A DNA stretch of 64,000 bases, from contig JBCCHF010000013.1 in the NCBI GenBank assembly GCA_039028895.1, forward strand, positions 4,360 through 68,359, in the 5' to 3' direction. A program made the position numbers and the translations under genes. This document shows, piece after piece, positions 60,784 to 64,000 of the stretch; the stretch's first letter is position 1; every line of letters begins with the position of its first letter. The notes below the pieces were generated by a model, which did not search any database, was not told the origin of the DNA, and saw only the letters and a list, made by a program, of their open reading frames with translations. Source of the DNA: Bacteroidota bacterium. GTDB taxonomy: Bacteria; Bacteroidota; Bacteroidia; Chitinophagales; Saprospiraceae.

Positions 60784-61818
60784 ATGAAAAAGATCGGTAT
60801 TTTATTCGGAAAGGAAAGGAGCTTCCCTGAGGCTTTTATCCAGCGTGTCAATGAAAAGAATATTGATGGTGTTATGGCAGAAGCTGTAACTATCGATAAA
60901 GTAATGCAGGCAGAACCTTCTGAGTATGCAGTTATCATTGATCGTATTTCACAAGATGTCCCTTTTTACAGGGCTTTTCTTAAGAATGCAGCAATTTGCG
61001 GAACGGCAGTTATCAACAACCCGTTCTGGTGGAGTGCTGATGAGAAATTTTTCAACAACGCACTTGCAGTTAAAGTTGGTGTGCCAGTTCCTAAGACAGT
61101 TTTACTGCCTTCAAACCAGCATCCTGATGATACTAATGGCGATTCATTCACCAACCTTGCTTTCCCATTGGATTGGGAGGGTATTTTCGAATACCTTGGA
61201 GGTTTCCCGGCATATATGAAGCCGTTTGCAGGAGGTGGTTGGAAGAATGTTTACCGCCTGGACAATATGAATGAATTCTTTGCCAGGTACAACGAAACAG
61301 GCCAGTTGGTTATGATGTTGCAGGAGGAGATCAAGTTTGATGCTTACTTCCGCTGCTACTGTATTGGTGGTGACAGGGTGAAGATCATGCATTACGAGCC
61401 ACGTAACCCACACCACTTACGCTATGATGCACACCATGATGTATCTGATGAAATGTTGAAAACGATTGAGTCATATGTTATCCGCCTATGCCAGGCATTG
61501 GGCTATGACTTCAATACAGTAGAATTTGCGATTCGCGATGGTATTCCTTATGCCATTGATTTCTGTAACCCTGCACCGGATGCAGATATCAATTCTGTAG
61601 GACAAGAGAATTTTGACTGGGTGGTTGAGGAAGCTGCTAATTTCGCTATCGAAAAAGCACTTACTCACAAAGAGGGAGAAGACAATCTCACATGGGGCGA
61701 CTTCATAAAAGAATCTGTAGGTAGCAAGCTGAATGTAAAGGCAACTGCCAAGAAAACAACTACAAAGTCAAAAGCGAAAAGTAACGGCAGGAAGCGTAAA
61801 ACCGCTGCGGTTAAGTAA
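60784..61818 (+). CDS. ATP-grasp-fold amidoligase (glutathione-synthetase/RimK-like) with Lys-rich C-terminal tail
   Basis: 344 aa. Pre-ATP-grasp region MKKIGILFGKE. AYMKPFAGGGWKNVYRL is a glycine-rich ATP-grasp loop. EFAIRDGIPYAIDFCNPAPD is a Mg/ATP-site-like segment. Tail: KATAKKTTTKSKAKSNGRKRKTAAVK. Confidence 0.7.
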   Translation: MKKIGILFGKERSFPEAFIQRVNEKNIDGVMAEAVTIDKVMQAEPSEYAVIIDRISQDVPFYRAFLKNAAICGTAVINNPFWWSADEKFFNNALAVKVGVPVPKTVLLPSNQHPDDTNGDSFTNLAFPLDWEGIFEYLGGFPAYMKPFAGGGWKNVYRLDNMNEFFARYNETGQLVMMLQEEIKFDAYFRCYCIGGDRVKIMHYEPRNPHHLRYDAHHDVSDEMLKTIESYVIRLCQALGYDFNTVEFAIRDGIPYAIDFCNPAPDADINSVGQENFDWVVEEAANFAIEKALTHKEGEDNLTWGDFIKESVGSKLNVKATAKKTTTKSKAKSNGRKRKTAAVK

Positions 61819-61832
61819 GAACAATTGTAAAG

Positions 61833-62654
61833 ATGGAAGAACGTCGAATTCGCCTTGCAATACTGGATATGTACGATGGTACACCAAACCAGGGTATGCG
61901 GGCAATACATGAACTTGTTGAGCGGTTCTCCGATCAGTTGGAATGGCAAACATTTGACGTTAGAGGAAAAGCCGAAGTCCCTGACACAGGGTTCGATATA
62001 TACATCAGTAGTGGCGGACCGGGAGATCCGCTGGAAGGCGATGGCGTTTGGGATACAAAGTTTTTTAACCTCCTTGATCGATTATGGGCAATTAACAGAT
62101 CAGGGGAAGGTCCTAAGAAATTTGTATTCTTCATCTGTCATTCCTTCCAGATGGCCTGCCATCATTTTGGGTTAGCGGAAATTAAGCCGAGAAAATCGCG
62201 TTCCTTCGGCACCTTCCCGGTTCATAAGACTGAAGAAGGTTTGTCAGACCCCTATTTTGAAAACCTGCCGAATCCTTTCTGTGTGGCTGATTTTCGCAAT
62301 TACCAGGTGGTTCAGCCTAAGCAAGAAGTGTTAGCCTCTTTAGGAGCAAAAGTCCTTGCATTAGAAAAGATCAGACCACATGTTCCTTTAGAACGTGCCA
62401 TGATGGCCGTCCGGTTTTCACGGGAATTTTTTGGCACTCAATTTCACCCTGAAGCAGATCCGGAAGGTATGATCCTCCATTTTGAAAAACAGGAGATGAA
62501 AGAACTGGTCGCCAAAAACCACGGAATGGCTAAGTTTTACCAGATGATCAAGGACCTAAACGATCCTGATATGATTGAATTGACGCATAATACGCTAATA
62601 CCAGCCTTTTTACAGGATGCCATTCATGAATTAAGTCTTCAAACTATCTCATAA
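61833..62654 (+). CDS. Class I glutamine amidotransferase-like protein
   Basis: 273 aa. Nucleophile elbow FFICHSFQM (Cys) and the His/Glu region GTQFHPEADPE are typical of GATase1. Confidence 0.75.
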   Translation: MEERRIRLAILDMYDGTPNQGMRAIHELVERFSDQLEWQTFDVRGKAEVPDTGFDIYISSGGPGDPLEGDGVWDTKFFNLLDRLWAINRSGEGPKKFVFFICHSFQMACHHFGLAEIKPRKSRSFGTFPVHKTEEGLSDPYFENLPNPFCVADFRNYQVVQPKQEVLASLGAKVLALEKIRPHVPLERAMMAVRFSREFFGTQFHPEADPEGMILHFEKQEMKELVAKNHGMAKFYQMIKDLNDPDMIELTHNTLIPAFLQDAIHELSLQTIS

Positions 62655-62665
62655 TCCCCAATCCA

Positions 62666-63859
62666 ATGATCTCGGAAGTCCGGAAAGCTTATAACGCCGC
62701 TTTCACACAGGAAAGATACGAGGCTTTTCTCAACACCATTAACACCACCTACAAACACAGGCCGCCATTCAGAATTGGAGAAACCCCTGTTTTTGTGCCT
62801 GCAGATTTCAAAAAGAAGTTATTCCAGGCTTGTGAGGAGATTACTGATGTTATTTGCCAGCCTGATTTTAAAGACTTGTCGCAAGGGGCTATTCTGGCAG
62901 GGCAGGAAGTGCCGGGCGAAGATGACCACACCTTATTCCTTCAAATGGATTTTGGAGTTTGCCGAGAAGAAAATGGTGAATTATCTCCTCAATTAATAGA
63001 AGTGCAGGGTTTTCCCTCTTTATATTTCTTCCAGGATTTGCTTGCTAATGCTTACCGCAAACATTTTGAATATCCTGAGAATTTTACCCATCTCTTCGGC
63101 GGTTTAACTTCTGAGGAATATATGGAGCTGCTACGGAAAAATATTGTCGGGACTTCAAAAGCCGAGAATGTTATCCTTCTTGAAATCGAGCCAGAGAAAC
63201 AAGTAACAAGGATTGACTTTCTGGGTGCAACCCATCACCTTGGTATTCCAACGCTTTGTGTTTCGGATCTCCAAATGAGTGGTAATGATGTCTTTTACAG
63301 GAATGCCAATGGTCAAATGATCCAGGTTGAGAAAATCCTTAACCGGGTAATTTTTGATGAACTGATCAACCGTAGTGACCTGAAACGTGATTTCCTTTTC
63401 ACAAAAGGTCCAAATGTGGATTGGATTGGTCATCCAAACTGGTTTTTCCGAATTAGTAAACATACCCTGCCATTGCTGAAAAGCCAGTATGTACCTGATA
63501 GCCGATTGTTAAGTGATGTGGATGAAATTCCAAAAGACCTTCAGAACTACGTATTGAAACCGCTTTATTCTTTCGCAGGCTCAGGGGTGTTGATCAATAT
63601 TAATGAACACGACCTGACGGGCATTAAGAATAAAGAGAACTACATTCTGCAAAGAAAAGTAGCTTATGCTCCTGTGGTGGAAACACATGACCAACCTGCT
63701 AAATGCGAGATCAGGATGTTGATGTTGTGGGAAAAAGGTGAAGCAAGACCAAGAATTGTGAATAACTTGGCGAGATTGAGTAAAGGGGAAATGATCGGTG
63801 TTAGATACAATAAGAATAAAGAATGGGTAGGCGCTAGTGTCGCCTTGTTTGAAAGCTAA
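62666..63859 (+). CDS. Hypothetical protein, possibly a glutathionylspermidine-synthase-like / permuted ATP-grasp amidoligase
   Basis: 397 aa. The segments MDFGVCREENGELSPQLIEVQGFPS and YVLKPLYSFAGSGVLIN are reminiscent of ATP-grasp-type ligases. No firm family recognition. Confidence 0.4.
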   Translation: MISEVRKAYNAAFTQERYEAFLNTINTTYKHRPPFRIGETPVFVPADFKKKLFQACEEITDVICQPDFKDLSQGAILAGQEVPGEDDHTLFLQMDFGVCREENGELSPQLIEVQGFPSLYFFQDLLANAYRKHFEYPENFTHLFGGLTSEEYMELLRKNIVGTSKAENVILLEIEPEKQVTRIDFLGATHHLGIPTLCVSDLQMSGNDVFYRNANGQMIQVEKILNRVIFDELINRSDLKRDFLFTKGPNVDWIGHPNWFFRISKHTLPLLKSQYVPDSRLLSDVDEIPKDLQNYVLKPLYSFAGSGVLININEHDLTGIKNKENYILQRKVAYAPVVETHDQPAKCEIRMLMLWEKGEARPRIVNNLARLSKGEMIGVRYNKNKEWVGASVALFES

Positions 63860-63896
63860 CAAAAACTTGTCCCTTCCGGGAAAAACCAATTAAAAA

Positions 63897-64000
63897 ATGA
63901 ACTTCCTCTGTATATCCAACGAATTCAAAGGACAAGATTTCCTGACCTTTTGCAAGAAAGAAGGCAACAACGTTTTCCTTGTGACATCAAAAGAACATGA
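63897..64000 (+). CDS. 5' end of a further gene (pre-ATP-grasp-like N-terminus), truncated by window
   Basis: ATG at 63897. Hand translation gives MNFLCISNEFKGQDFLTFCKKEGNNVFLVTSKEH, open to the window end. It resembles the N-terminal Rossmann-like strand-helix-strand of ATP-grasp enzymes. Confidence 0.4.
   Translation, partial: MNFLCISNEFKGQDFLTFCKKEGNNVFLVTSKEH

Noticed and set aside
1-64000. Search for tRNA/rRNA genes, CRISPR arrays, IS elements, integrases, phage genes and large direct or inverted repeats
   Set aside because: I recognised none by eye. The intergenic regions are short (mostly under 300 nt) and lack cloverleaf-like or repeat-spacer structure. This is a visual inspection only and would need tRNAscan, Infernal or repeat finders to confirm.

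Overview
This 64-kb chromosomal segment reads as Bacteroidota: it has T9SS C-terminal sorting domains, SprB repeats, TTTG/TAnnTTTG-type promoter boxes and almost no Shine-Dalgarno sites. I support about 50 protein genes. I recognised no rRNA, tRNA, CRISPR array, transposase or integrase. All domain calls come from reading motifs in the translations; no HMM or BLAST search was possible.

Layout:
- 1-8.9 kb: an envelope protease and signalling module. It holds a partial cytoplasmic CHAT/caspase-like gene, an LRR-subtilisin T9SS cargo translationally coupled to a periplasmic TPR-CHAT protein, an ECF sigma/anti-sigma pair, and a second subtilisin lipoprotein.
- 9-24.6 kb: mixed genes. These are a CBM9/DUF5916-like protein, a BlaI/BlaR1-like pair with twin palindromic operators and a His-rich sensor tail, a LytTR two-component system, an ICMT/MddA-like methyltransferase, an LpxH-like gene overlapping a methyltransferase, and a membrane class III cyclase.
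- 24.6-59.7 kb: a large, very compact cell-surface glycan/lipid assembly island. It holds a CotH-beta-helix protein, a Wzz-like protein, two O-antigen-ligase-like genes, two tandem paralogous T9SS adhesins, four B12-binding radical SAM enzymes, five SAM methyltransferases, a sulfotransferase, two SGNH hydrolases, two GT4 enzymes, a GT-C enzyme, and a UbiA/DprE1-like/PAP2 set.
- 60-64 kb: an esterase / ATP-grasp / GATase1 / amidoligase-like operon.

The best candidate for an undescribed system is the set of duplicated, translationally coupled B12-rSAM + methyltransferase cassettes, wired to a GT-C transferase and a decaprenyl-phospho-arabinose-like lipid-sugar donor pathway. The second candidate is the periplasmic CHAT protease / ECF sigma module.
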